The notes under the pieces are model-generated. The model was not told the DNA's origin and did no database searches. It saw only the letters and a list, made by a program, of their open reading frames with translations. A program made the position numbers and the translations under genes. Source: Torpedo marmorata (lineage: Eukaryota). Taken from it: DNA of 64,000 nt. This document shows positions 47,600 to 59,689 of the stretch, piece by piece (within the stretch, counting starts at the first letter, position 1; every line of letters starts with the position of its first letter). The stretch is taken from the NCBI GenBank assembly GCA_977017645.1, contig OZ360228.1, positions 97,030,001 through 97,094,000 of the forward strand. Reading direction: 5' to 3'.

Positions 47600-50557
47600 A
47601 ACGTTTAAAGTTCAAATTTATTGTCAAGAGTACATGCACGACATCACATACAACCCTGAGATTCTTTTTCCTGCGGGCCAAGCAGAATTTCTACTTATCG
47701 GTCTTGCAAAAAAAAAAACTGTACTCAAGATGTGTATACAAAAGAGAGATGTAAACAAGAAGCAAAGCAATGCAGAAAATAAATTTTAAATGATAAATAA
47801 TGTGAAAAGTAAGAGTCCTTAAATAAGTCTCTGAATTTGTTGCTTAGAAGTCTGATGGTGGAGGGGTAGCAACTGTTCCCTGAACCTGATGGTATGAGTC
47901 TTGTGGCATCTATACACCTTTCCTGATGGCAGCAGTGAGACGAGAGCATGTCATCAGTGGTGTGGATGGTTGATAATTGCTGCTGCTCTCTGACTGCAGC
48001 GTTCCATGCAGATTTTCTCGATGGTGGGGAGAGCGTTCTCGATGGTGGGGAGAGTTTTGCCTGTGATGTACTGGGCTCTGTCCATCATCTTTTGCAGGGC
48101 TGTCCGCTCAGAGGTATTGGCGCCCACCATTCCAGGCCGTGATGCATCTGTGGAAGTTTACGAAGGTTTTCAATGTCATACCAAACCTCCACAAACTCCT
48201 AAGAAAGTAGAGGCGCTGACGTACTTTCTTCATGATGACATTCGTGTGTTGGGTCCAGGAAAGGACCTCCGAAATAGTGACTCCCATAATTTAAATTTGC
48301 TCACTCTCTCCACCTCTGATCCCCTAATCAATACTGGATCGTACACCTCAATTCAAGTTAAGTCACCTTTATTTGTCGTTCATTACCATATACACAGTAA
48401 GACGAGATAGCGTTTCTCCAGGACCATGGGCAAATGTACATAAATATCATAATACAATTAAAAAAACGATAACATGCTAATACACATATATATCTAAAAA
48501 TTGAGGAGCCTGATGGCTTGGTGGAAAATCTGGACGTACGAGCCCGAATGCTTCGGTACCTCCTTCCAGATGGCAAAAGGGGTGTGAGAAGTCCTTCACA
48601 ATGTTATTTGCCTTAACAATCAGCTCCTTTGTTTTGGTGACATTGAGTGAGAGGTATTGTTAGTACACCATTCAGCCAGGTTTTCAATCTCCCTCCTGTA
48701 TGCTGACTCATTGCCCCTTTTTATACAACCCACTGCTACCGTTTTATCAACAAATTTCTATATGGTGTTGTTGTCGTACCAAAGCACACAGTCGTGGGTG
48801 TAAAGTCAGTAGAGCAGGGGGCCAAGAACACAGCCTGGTACTGATGGAGATTGTGGAGGAGATGTTCTTGCTCATCCTCACTGATTGTGCACTTGGGGTG
48901 TGGAAATCCAGGATCCAATTACACAGTGGGATATTGAGGCCTAGGTTTTGGAGTATGCTGATCAGTTTTGAGGGGATGGTGTTGAATGCTGAACTGCATT
49001 TGATAAAGAGCATCCTGATGTATGCATCTTTTATGCCCAGGTGTTCCAGGGCTTTGTGTAGAGCCAGTGAGATGGCATCTGCTGTAGATCTGTGGCTGCG
49101 GTAGGCAAACTGGATTGGATCCATGTTGGCACTCAGACAGGAGCTGATACGCTTCAATGGAGTTCAGGGAAATATATTGGCATGGATTGAGGATTGGTTG
49201 TCTGACAGGAGGCAGAGAGTCAGGATAAATGGGTGTTTTTCTGATTGGCAGACAGTGGGGTGCCGCAGGGGCCGGTGCTGGGCCCACAACTGTTCATCAT
49301 TTACATTGATGATTTGGAGGAGGGGACAAAATGTAGTGTAGCCAATTTTGCGGATGATACTAAATTGAGTGAAAGAGCAAATTGTACTGATGATGTGGAG
49401 AGGCTGCAGAGGGATACAGTTAAGTTAGGTGAGTGGGCAAAGGTCTGGCAGATGGAGTACAATGTTAGTAAGTGCGAGGTTATCCACTTTGGCAAGAAAA
49501 ATAAAAGAGCAGAGTATTATTTAAATGGTGAAAAACTGCAGCATGCTGTTGTGCAGAAGGACTTGGGAGTGCTTGTGCACGAATCACAAAAAGTTGGGTT
49601 GCAGGTGCAGCAGGTTATTAAGAAGGCAAATGGAATGTTGGCCTTCATCGCTAGAGGAATTGAATTCAGGAGCAAGGAGGTAATGTTGCAACTGTACAAG
49701 GTACTGGTGAAACCGCACCTGGAGTACTGTGTGCAGTTCTGGTCTCCATATTTGAGGAAGGATATACTGGCTTGGAGGCAGTACAGAGGAGGTTTACTAG
49801 GTTGATCCCTGAGATGAAGGGGTTGACTTATGATGAAAGATTAAATCATCTGGGATTATACTCGCTCGAGTTCAGAAGAATGAGAGGAGATCTTATAGAA
49901 ACATATAGAATTATGAAGGGGATGGATAGGATAGAGGTAGGAAGGTTTTTTTCACTGGCGGGTGAGACCAAAACTAGGGGACACAGCCTCAAGATTCGGG
50001 GGAGTAGATTTAGGACAGAGATGAGGAAAAACAGTTTTTCCCAAAGAGTGGTGAATTTGTGGAATTCTCTACCCAGGGAAGTGGTTGAGGCTGCTTCATT
50101 GAACATATTTAAGGTTCAGTTGGATAGATTTTTACATAAAAAAGGAATTAGGGGATATGGGGAAAGGGCAGGTAGGTGGAGTTAGGTCATTGATCAGATC
50201 AGCCATATTATTGAATGGTGGAACAGGCTCGATGGGCCGGTTGGCCTACTCCTGTTCCTACTTTCTTATGTTCTTAACACCAGCCTCTCAAAACACTTCA
50301 TCACTGTGGATGTGTGCCACTGGTCAGTAGTCATTTACACAGGTTACCACACTCTTCTTGGGCACAGGTACGATCAGGCCTGTGTGAAACAAATGTGTAC
50401 CATACCCTTTCAGAGTGATATGCTGAAGATATCTGTGAATATATTGGCAAGTTGGTCAGCACAAGTTTTCAGCACTCAGCTGAGTACTTCATCCAGACGG
50501 GATGCTTTCCTTGGATTCACTCTCCTGAAGGTAGCCTAATCGTCATCCTCTGATACA
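47600..50557 (-). mobile_element. Older Rex1/Babar-type LINE related to 15335-17133, split by a CR1 and a short LINE tail (~48345-48580)
   Basis: MDPIQFAYR...[11 protein letters not shown] and a 3' UTR like 16880-17130; sequence resumes at 50277. Confidence 0.78.
49157..50276 (+). mobile_element. 5'-truncated CR1 (third family, lightly diverged)
   Basis: SGVPQG, FADDTKL, PHLEYCVQFWSP and RGDLIETY; tail TTCTTATGTTCTTA. Confidence 0.9.
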
Positions 50558-50729
50558 AATGCGGGCTCAATTTTAACATTTAAGAAAAATTTGGACAGGT
50601 ACATGGATGGGAGGTGTATGGAGGCATACAGAATGGGTGCAGGTCAGTGGGACTAGGCAGAATGATAGTTTGACACAGACGAGAGGGCTGAAGGGCCTGT
50701 TTTCTGTGCTGCAATGTTCTATGGTTCTA

Positions 50730-52700
50730 ACATAAGAAATAGGAGCTGAAGTAGGCCTTCCGGCCTGTCGAGCTTGCTTTGCCATTCAATGAGATCACAG
50801 CTGATCTGGCCATGGACTCAGTTCCACTTGGCCACCTTTTCCCCATAACCCTTAAATACCCTACTGTGCAAAAATCTGTGTCTTAAATATATTCAATGAG
50901 AGAGCATCCACAGCTTCTTTGGGCACAGAATTTCATAGATTCACTACTTTCTGGGAGAAGCAGTTCCTCATTTCTGTTCCAAATCCACTCTCCTGAATCC
51001 ATGTCCTCCAATTCTTGTCTCACCTACCAGTGTAAACAACTTTCTTGCCTCTTTTCTGTTCCTTTCATGATTTTGTATGTTTCTATAAGATCCCCGGCTC
51101 TAAAGGTTGTCATAGTCGAAGGGTGGTAGTGGGGACGAGCTCCCACTGCTACACAAATGCTCTTCATGGAATGTGTCTCAAACAGCCTCTGACAACCAAG
51201 TCCAACTCCTGGCCTTCACGTGTGGCATAGTTCTTATGCCCGGCGGAGCTGTTCTCACTGACAGGAGAAGGGGCAAAGGTGGGCCACTGGCGCCTTGAAA
51301 CCAGTTGCTCCGGGCAGAAGGGGCTCGTTAACCACGGATGGTAACTCATCTAGGAGAGGGAAAACTCCAATTTCAAACCTCCACTGCCTTGTGGCTATAT
51401 CCGCTCATGGGAAAGGCTTTGGAAGTAAACCCCGAGGAAAAATCCAGAGTCGCAGTCCTGAAGGCGGCTGACTGCTGCGATGCTGCTGGCACCAAACTGT
51501 ATTGACTTTCGTCGTTCCTTTGGACCTGTCATTAGCATGGAGAGAGGGGGGGTGGGGTCCCACTGCATGGGCCACAGATGGATCTCCACATCAACTCTGC
51601 CCTGGCTCGCGCCCTGGAGAGGCCACTCCAGCTTCGCTTTAGCCGCAGTACCCATGGTCAACCACAAACGACGGAGGCCACAAATAAAATCCCCTCTCAT
51701 TCTCAACTCCAGTGAATGTAGTCCCAATCAACTTGATCTCTCCTCATAGGCTAACCCTCTCATCTCTGGAATCAATCTGGTGAACCTCCACTGCGTTGCC
51801 CACAAAGCCAGAATATCCTTTCAAGTAAAGAGATCAGAATTGTACATAATACTCCAGGTACAACATCACCAGTACCCTGTACAGTTGCCACAGAGCACCC
51901 CACTTTTAAATTAAATCCCTCTTGCAATGAATGGCAACATTTCATTTGTCTTCTTGATTACCTGTTGCACCTGCAAACCAACCTTTGGTTGCTGCAATCT
52001 ATCACAAGTTAAATATAACACCATTAACATTTTTCTTACAAAATGGATAATCTCACACTAACCAATGTTGTATTCTATCGATTAGATCTTTGCCCACTCA
52101 CTTAACCTATCTATACTTCTTTGCAGAAGGTCTGCACAATTTGCTTTTCCACTCAATTTAGCCTCATCAACAAACTTGTATGCACCATATTGGTCCGCTT
52201 CTCCAAATCATTTGTGTACATTGTGAACAGTTGCAGGCTTGGCACTGTTCCCTGTAGCACTCTGCTCAGAGCACCCATCCAGAGAAACACCCATTTACCC
52301 AACTCTGCCTTCTATCCATTATGCTAAACTCCATGCATCCTTACCTCATGTAGAAGTCTTTTATGCAGAAGCACCTTATCAAACACCTTCTGGAAATCCA
52401 AGTATTGTATACAACATCCACCTATTCCCCTCTATCCACTGCGCTCATTGTATTCTCTAGTAAATTTGTCAAACATGATCTGACCTTCCGGAATCCATGT
52501 TACATCTGCCTGATGAAAGAATTTTTATCCAGATATCTCACTATTTCTCCTTAATGATAGCTTCAAGCATTTTCCTGACTAAACATTGCTAGCTGGCCCA
52601 TAATTAGCTGCCTTTTTCCTACTTCCTCTCTTAACAGTGGCAAGACGTTTGCTGCCTTCTACTCCACCGGGACTTGTCCAGATTCCAGAAAATTGACCGT
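50730..52700 (-). mobile_element. Decayed CR1 3' portion
   Basis: Starts with reversed tail AACATAAGAAATAGGAGC; CR1 ORF2 remnants on the minus strand. Confidence 0.7.
51096..51683 (+). mobile_element. 588 bp non-coding retroposon, probably an RTE-related short non-autonomous element, 11 bp TSD
   Basis: ATAAGATCCCC at 51085-51095 and ATAAAATCCCC at 51684-51694. Structured 5' region, RTE-UTR-like GGAGAGGGAAAACTCC and AAACCCCGAGG; ends GGCCACAA. Confidence 0.68.
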
Positions 52701-53719
52701 AAATCTTTTTGCACTGATTTGTGCCATAACCATATTGACCTTGTTTCAAATGCTACAAACATTCAGATAAAGTGGCTTTACTCTGTCCTTTTCTAATCTA
52801 GTCATCTTTTTGTCTTTTGCATTTGATTTGTTTTTTGTCTGCCACTTTTACTTTTCTCTTTTTGTAATTTTGCTCTGGTCTCTGCAATGATACAGATGTG
52901 TTCTCTTGAAGAATGTGTGATACAAGATTTGTTTTTGATCTCTTAAAAATATAGCGTCTTATTCTGTTATGTTAAAAATGGCCTTTATTAATTAAGGTTG
53001 CATTTTTCTAAGAGATGTTTTTCTTGAGTCTGTATACTCCTCAACCAGGACATTGTCTTACTTGATAAATACAACATGTGTAGAGTTGAAAAGTGAATCC
53101 TTGCATTACTTTTGCTGGACTTGTTACATTACTCTACTTCCTCAAATTGGAATACAGAAGATAATTCATTAGGTGCCAACTACTTATTTTGTTGAGTAAT
53201 TAAACAATTATTAACAAAAAGCTCTATCGTGCTTCCAGGAATTCTCAATGCCCCAGGTTTTCCTGAAAAATGTCAGCTTTTCTCCACCAAGTATCAGCAA
53301 GTTCAAGATTTACAAGCACATGTTCGTGAACACTGAAGTCCCAAACCATCTGACAGCAATTCACTGAAACTGCTCTGTAAGACTTGAAATCCAATGAGAG
53401 AATCAAAGTTACTTTGATAACTGAATACTGGACCAGCTTCTCTATTGATTTCAATAGAGTGGCTGAGAGGGTGAAGGCCTCTATGTTGGTAAAGTCAAGT
53501 ATGGACTTGACAGGTAAGTCAGTTTTGCTAGAAGAAAGTCTTTGCCAAAGTCAGTTACTTACTCTGCACTAGAACACAAGATAAAATTGAAAATCAAAAA
53601 CTGTGGAGGCTGAAGATCTGAAATAGAAAATGCTGAAAATACTTAAAACAGGAAGCATTTGTGGAGAGAGAATCAGAGGTAATGTTTCAGGTCAATGACC
53701 CTCCATTAGAACAGGCTTC

Positions 53720-54300
53720 CGATCAATCTGAAAGTGGTGACATAGATAAACTAGGTGGTGCGCTTGCCTTCATCAGTCAGGATGCTGAGAACAAGAGTTG
53801 TGACGTTGTAGCTGTATGGGAAGTTGGTAAGATGGCATTTGAAGTACTGTGTGCAGTTCTGGTCACCTGTCTATATGAAGGACGTTATTAAACTGGAAAG
53901 AGTGCACAAGATTTGCATGGATGTTGCCAGGACTGGATGGCTTGTTATAAAGAGAGACTCAATATGCTGGGGCTGTTTTCCCTGAAGCTGAGGGATGACC
54001 TTGCAGGAGACACAAAATCATGAGGGATATTAATGTCTTTTCCCAAGGCATAGGAGTCTAAAACTAGGGGCTATACATTAAAAATGAGAAGGAAAAGATT
54101 TAAAGGGAAACCAAGAAAAAGTTTTCCCCACACAGGTGGTGGTTATATCGAATGAGCTGGCAAAAGAAGTGGTCAGAAGTGGGTTACAATTGCAAATTAA
54201 AAATGCATTTAGACAGGTACATAGATAGAAAAAGTTGAGGGATATGTGCCAAATGCTGGCAAATGGGACCTGCTCAGTAAGGCAACTTGATCAGTGTTGT
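53720..54300 (+). mobile_element. Old CR1 3' fragment, preceded by a Penelope-like tail (~53595-53710)
   Basis: TACTGTGTGCAGTTCTGGTCACC, CTGAGGGATGACCT and AAATGGGAC tail. Confidence 0.65.
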
Positions 54301-54411
54301 ATAATGAAAGATTGATGACCAGAAATTGTAAGTCTTTTTCCCCCCAGAAAGTGATAAATGAAGCATGATCCTTTCAATCTTTTGTTACAACTCACTACTA
54401 AAAATTCTGTA

Positions 54412-55777
54412 TCAAAAGGGCATCAATCATCCCGGTTCCCAAGAAGAGCAGTGTGAGCTGCCTCAACGACTACCGCCCAGTAGCACTAACTTCTACTGTG
54501 ATGAAATGCTTTGAGAGGCTGGTCATGGCCAGAATTAAAACATACCTAAGCAAAGATCTGGACCCAATGCAATTTGCCTATCGCCACAATCGCTCCACAG
54601 CAGATGCAATATCGCTGGCTCTCCACTCAGCTCTGGATCACCTCGAAAACAGCAATTCATACATACGGTTGCTCTTCATCGACTACAGCTCGGCCTTCAA
54701 TATCATCATTCCCTCAGTGCTGGTCAAGAAACTACAAACTCTAGGCCTCTGTACCCCACTCTGCAACTGGATCCTTGACATTCTCATTGGAAGACCAGAG
54801 TCAGTACGAATTAGAAACAACGTCTCCTCCTCACTGATTATCAACACAGGCACACCCCAAGGATGCGTGCTTAGTCCACTGCTCTACTCGTTATACACTC
54901 ATGACTGTGTGGCCAGGCACAATTCCAATGCCATATACAAGTTTGCCGATGACACCACAGTTGTCGGCAGAATCACAAACGGCAATGAGGAAGCGTACAG
55001 GAGGGAGATAGATCAGCTCGTTGAATGGTGTAATGACAACAACCTTGAGCTCAACGTCAGCAAAACCAAGGAGATGATTGTGGACTTCCGGAGGAAGTCA
55101 GGGGAACACGACCCAGTCCTCATCGAGGGCTCAGTAGTGGAGAGGGTCAAGAACTTCAAATTCCTGGGTGTCAACATCTCCGAGGATCTGTCCTGGAGCA
55201 TCCACGTGGATTCAATCACAAAGAAGGCTCGTCAGCGCTATACTTTGTGAGGTGTTTGCGGAGATTCGGTATGTCACCAAAGACTCTTGTAAACTTCTAC
55301 AGGTGTACCGTGGAGAGCATTCTGGCTGGTTGCATCACTGCCTGGTATGGCGGCGCCAACTCCCAGGACAAGAGTAAACTCCAGAAGGTTGTTAACTCGG
55401 TCTGTGACATCACAGGCACCAAACTTCACTCCATCGAGGACATCTACATGAGGCGGTGTCTTAAAAAAGCAGCCTCTATCCTCAAGGACCCCCACCACCC
55501 AGGCCATGCCCTCTTCACTCTGCTTCCATCGGGGAAAAGGTACAGGAGCCTAAAGACGAGCACTCAACGGCACAAGGACAGCTTCTTCCCCGCTGCCATC
55601 AGATTCCTGAATAATCAATGAACCAAAGACACTACCTTACTTTTCGTGCACTATTGTTTATAATTTTGTATAGTAATGTCGTTAGATGGTTAATATGAAT
55701 GTTAATTGCACTATGATGCTGGCGCAAAACACCGAATTTCATGACTTGTTCATGACAATAAATTCTGATTCTGATTC
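54412..55777 (+). mobile_element. Young 5'-truncated Rex1/Babar-type LINE with one frameshift near 55238
   Basis: ORFs 54453-55250 and 55247-55621 are almost identical to the 45782-46898 protein; FADD; (ATTCTG)n tail. Confidence 0.93.
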
Positions 55778-56198
55778 ATTAACATATGATCCTTTGAATA
55801 TTTTGTTACAACTCACTACTACAAATTCTGTATCATTAACAAGCTAGTAAAATGCATCTGGTCAGATGGCCAAGCCTCCTAAGTTGCCCATGGTGTCCCA
55901 AATAGTGCACAAATCAGTTGTTGTTAAGGAGATTTTGTTTTCTGGAGCTCCAGTGTTGGTCAGGGAGGGTGGGGTGGGGAGGACAGCAGATGGACATCAG
56001 GAGAGAGGTGACACAGAGAATGAAGAATCTCAGTCATCACTAGATGAGATTAGAGAAAATGGTGGGGAAAATTAGTGCTTGAGAGGGATTTTGATTTTGA
56101 CAGGAGTATCACTGTTCATTAAATGTGCAAGGGGAAATAACCCAATTACAAACCGAATCTGCCAGCATCAACTGTAACAGAATTGTGCATACACTTAC

Positions 56199-56311
56199 TA
56201 AGTGGTTGGCTTTCTGCACTTAGTCCTCCAAAAAGGAAAAGCTGATCGTCTGTCACAGAGGTCAGTGTGTGCCATGATCGTCCTTGTGGACGTATTCCTT
56301 TAACAGTAATT
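56199..56311 (-). CDS. KLHDC1: KLHDC1 coding exon (113 nt, kelch repeat)
   Basis: ttactcccttag | (E)ITVKGIRPQGRSWHTLTSVTDDQLFLFGGLSAESQPL(S) | gtaagt. Confidence 0.95.
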
Positions 56312-56469
56312 CTAAGGGAGTAAAAAATAAAAAAAATATAATCCTAGTGCAGCTGTGTACCAATAAAAACATACCTATTAATTAACGGAACCACTCAAGT
56401 TTATGCTCAATGTGAATGGCTTATACACACGATCATAACTTAGTACAGTACTTGTGTTGTATTTAAACC

Positions 56470-56745
56470 ATGGCAGCATGGTTAGTGTCATGGTTAGTCG
56501 TTAGTGCAATGCTATTACACTGCCAGCAACCTGGGTTTGAATCTGGCACTGTCTGTAAGGAATTTGTATGTTCTCCCCATGTTCGCATGGGATTCCTCTG
56601 GTTGAATCTCAGTTTCCTCCCTCATTCCAAAGACCTATGGGGTTAGTAGGTTAATTGGTCACATGGGTATAAAAAGGTGGCACAGGCTTGTGGACCAGAA
56701 AGGCTTATTACTGTGCTCAATCTCTAAATTAAAAAAAAAAAAATA
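56470..56745 (+). mobile_element. V-SINE with A-rich tail
   Basis: GTTAGTGCAATGCTATTACA, GGGTTTGAATC, GTTTCCTCCCTCATTCCAAAGAC and a terminal A run. Confidence 0.75.
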
Positions 56746-58143
56746 GATTAGCAACCAGAGTTCTGAACCCAAGAAGGAAGGCAAACCGTAGATGCTGGAA
56801 ATGTGAAATAAAAAGAGAAAATGCTGGAAATACTCAGCAGGTCAAATAACATTTGTGAAGGAGAAATAGGAATTAACAGTTCAGATTAATGACTTCTATC
56901 AAAGTTCTACAGGTGTACTGTGTAAAGTATATAGACAGGTTGCATCACAGATTGGCCAAGAATGCAGAAGCCTCCAGAAGGTAACAAACCTGGTCCATCC
57001 ACAAATGAATCTATGTGAGGTGCTGCCTTAAGAATGCAGCCAACATAATAAAGGACCCTCATCACGCTGGCTCTTTGCAAGCACGTTCAATGGCAAGGTC
57101 TGAACATTAATTGGGTTCCAGACAATGTGGTTTGGAAGATCCACCCCTGAAAACCTTTCACAGCCAAAGTTAGGAGTGGAGCTTTTCTAATTGTAAAAGG
57201 TGTGAGGTATTTGAACAGGTTAAATGCCCCAACATCAAGGACGTTTAAAACGATTGAAGTAAACTATTCAAGCTGAAAATAAAAACTACAACATAATAAT
57301 TGCACACATTAAGTTAAAGGGAACTTATTAAAACATATTTTGCCTTTCTTTTTGCTTCCCAATCAAATCTAGATCCCCCATGAAGTCAATAAGTCTGATC
57401 TTGTGTTGGCCGCCCTGCTGCGCAATCTGAGTGGCAATTCCTCAACGGGACTGTGCCCCAATGCTGGAATCTATCACTCGCCAAAGCACTGGGTGCAATT
57501 TACAATGTCCAATTAACCCACAACCTGCGAGGTGGAAGAAACTGGAACACTCAGAAGAAACCCCAATTGTCATTGAGACAGCACTTGAAATCTGAATTAA
57601 ACCAGGGTCTGGTGCTGTGAGACAGTAGCTCTACTAGTTGTTCAAGAAGACAAGAGTGGGAGCAAAGGGCTGCTGTGGTGCTATTCATAATTGTCATTAA
57701 TGATTTGGAAACTAACAAAAAAACTATTATTACATTTGTGGTTGAAACGTTTTGGTTTAGGCAGGAGAGGGAGGATCTTTGCAAATTCTCCCATCAAACA
57801 ATACTTTTTTTTTTAAAAATCCACAATTAATACCAATCTCCTTTCTCCTATATTAGCTCATTGCCTTGATTCAAAAAATACTTTTGAGATAATATTTTCC
57901 CAAGATGGTGCAGTTCAAAAATTTCTATATCGGAACTAACTGCACTGTGTACCAATAGGCGCAGCATCACAAAGATAAAATGTGACGTTGTTACAGAAAA
58001 CTGTGCTAAGGCAAGAGATGAAGTCTGACAAGGTTCATCTCATGAACACCAGTGTTAACAATGCAGATAAGTATGCACTTCAAAAGAAAGCCCAACTTAA
58101 TTCAGATAGTAGGAACTCATTTCCTATTTGGATATTTAAGTTA

Positions 58144-59059
58144 CCGTATTTGACGGCATATAAGACCCACGGGCATATATGACAACGCCCCCCCCCCCCC
58201 CATTTCAGCAGGGAATATTAAGACATTTTTTTAGTGTATTTACGGGTAAGTTGGCGAACGGGTTCCTCCTGCACCTCTTGCGCTGCTGGCGGGGGCCGCC
58301 GTGGTCGGCCTTCTCACCGGGGGAAGTGAGCAGCAGCTCCGGAAAGCATGGTCTTGTGCTGCTGGCGGGGGCCGCCGTGGTCGGCCTTCTCACCGGGGGA
58401 AGCGGTGGCGGCAGCTCCGGAATTAGATGGGTTTCCTCGGAGCTGGAGGGCCGCACTGGCACACATGGAGCCTCTCCCAGCAGCAAATGCGCTCTCTCTG
58501 CACCCTCACAGCGACCATGCTCCTTTGGTCACCCGCGGCTCCTTACCTCTCAGCCGAAGCAGCAGCGCGGCCACAGCGCTGTCCACTCCGCCAGACATGG
58601 TGCACACCACCCAGTGTAGCGACTGGCTCATCTGCCACCAGGCGCAGGTCAGGCCGCCGCTTCTCCCTAGCAATGTTCAGCGCCCAGTGTCCGCCGCGCA
58701 CAGGATCCGCCGGGAAACTGCGGCTGGTGAACAGGAGGCCAGTTCTCCGTGTAACAGCTCACCATCCCCCGGTGTGGGCAGCAGGAGAAGCTGAGCCACG
58801 GCCGTATGCCCCAGGGAATCCAATGTTAATTAAATCGGCGCCCTGAATCCCACCTGTCTGCTCTGACCAACAACCCGAGACCCCGAGTCTTTTGCTTGCT
58901 AGAAGAACCTAATCAATTTCACCTGCACATGCACGGCAGTATCGCTCATGACATGCAACGTACGGATCACGCTAATTTTACTTCACATATAAGACCTGGG
59001 GGATATTTTTGAGCCAATTTTTGGGAAGAAAAGTGGGTCTTATATGCCGTCAAATACGG
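58144..59059. mobile_element. Non-autonomous Tc2/pogo-like MITE, perfect 27 bp TIRs, TA TSD, GC-rich interior
   Basis: TA|CCGTATTTGACGGCATATAAGACCCAC ... GTGGGTCTTATATGCCGTCAAATACGG|TA. Confidence 0.92.
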
Positions 59060-59689
59060 TACTTATCTTCAATATAATTTCTACTTAACATGTAGTGTGA
59101 TGCCAAGCAATTAATAAAAGTGCCACCCATCCTGGGCAACTGTACAGCGGCATTTAAGTTCAAAGCACAGATCTGCCAGAATTGGAATCTGAATCAAGAA
59201 AACAAAAGTCACACTCTAGGTGTACCTCAGAAAAATTCACGTTTCAAGTTTGTGATTTCATAAATTCCTAAAAGTTTTACTAAGAATTAAGGACAGTCTA
59301 GATTTATAGTTTTAGCATTATTTAGGACCATGAAAAGGTCTTCAAGTTTGTGACTTTTTGCGAGCAGCCGAGTGGTCTGTTTGTTAAACAAATTAGTACA
59401 TATCTGGAAAATGCTGGTTAATTCCAAGAAAATTCTCTTTTTGCTTGATTATGTGTTACAAAAAAGGCATGTTTTGAAGAAGTGAATCAGAAGCCTAAAG
59501 AGACTTTCAGGCAATAGAATACTGAAATCTGTGACACTTAGATAATTCTTGCTTAAAATTGAAACTGAAACCTGGAATCAAAAAGTCATTAATCTCAACC
59601 AAAAGCAGGTGCCATAGGAAAGGCACGTCAAACAATTTTTGCCCTAAGATGTATGAACACAAGAACATAACATATGAAATAAGAGTAGG

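Larger units (their letters stand above)
34190..50730 (+). mobile_element. Near full-length decayed CR1 (ORF1 esterase plus ORF2) split into four pieces: ~34190-36150, 44531-45623, 46899-47598, 50558-50730
   Basis: ORF1 SGNH-esterase-like VVISGLLPVP...NMWLKRWCRREGFRFLDHW; ORF2 FNARSI and AISETWL. Sequence continues across each insertion, e.g. GGTGAAT/GCGGGCTC. Confidence 0.8.

Noticed and set aside
54365-55835. About 50 bp direct repeat on both sides of the Rex1-type copy, resembling a giant TSD
   Set aside because: It has 3 mismatches and the right copy is separated from the tail by ATTAACAT. It is better explained as an older tandem duplication into which the LINE inserted at TTCTGTATCA, similar to its own tail.
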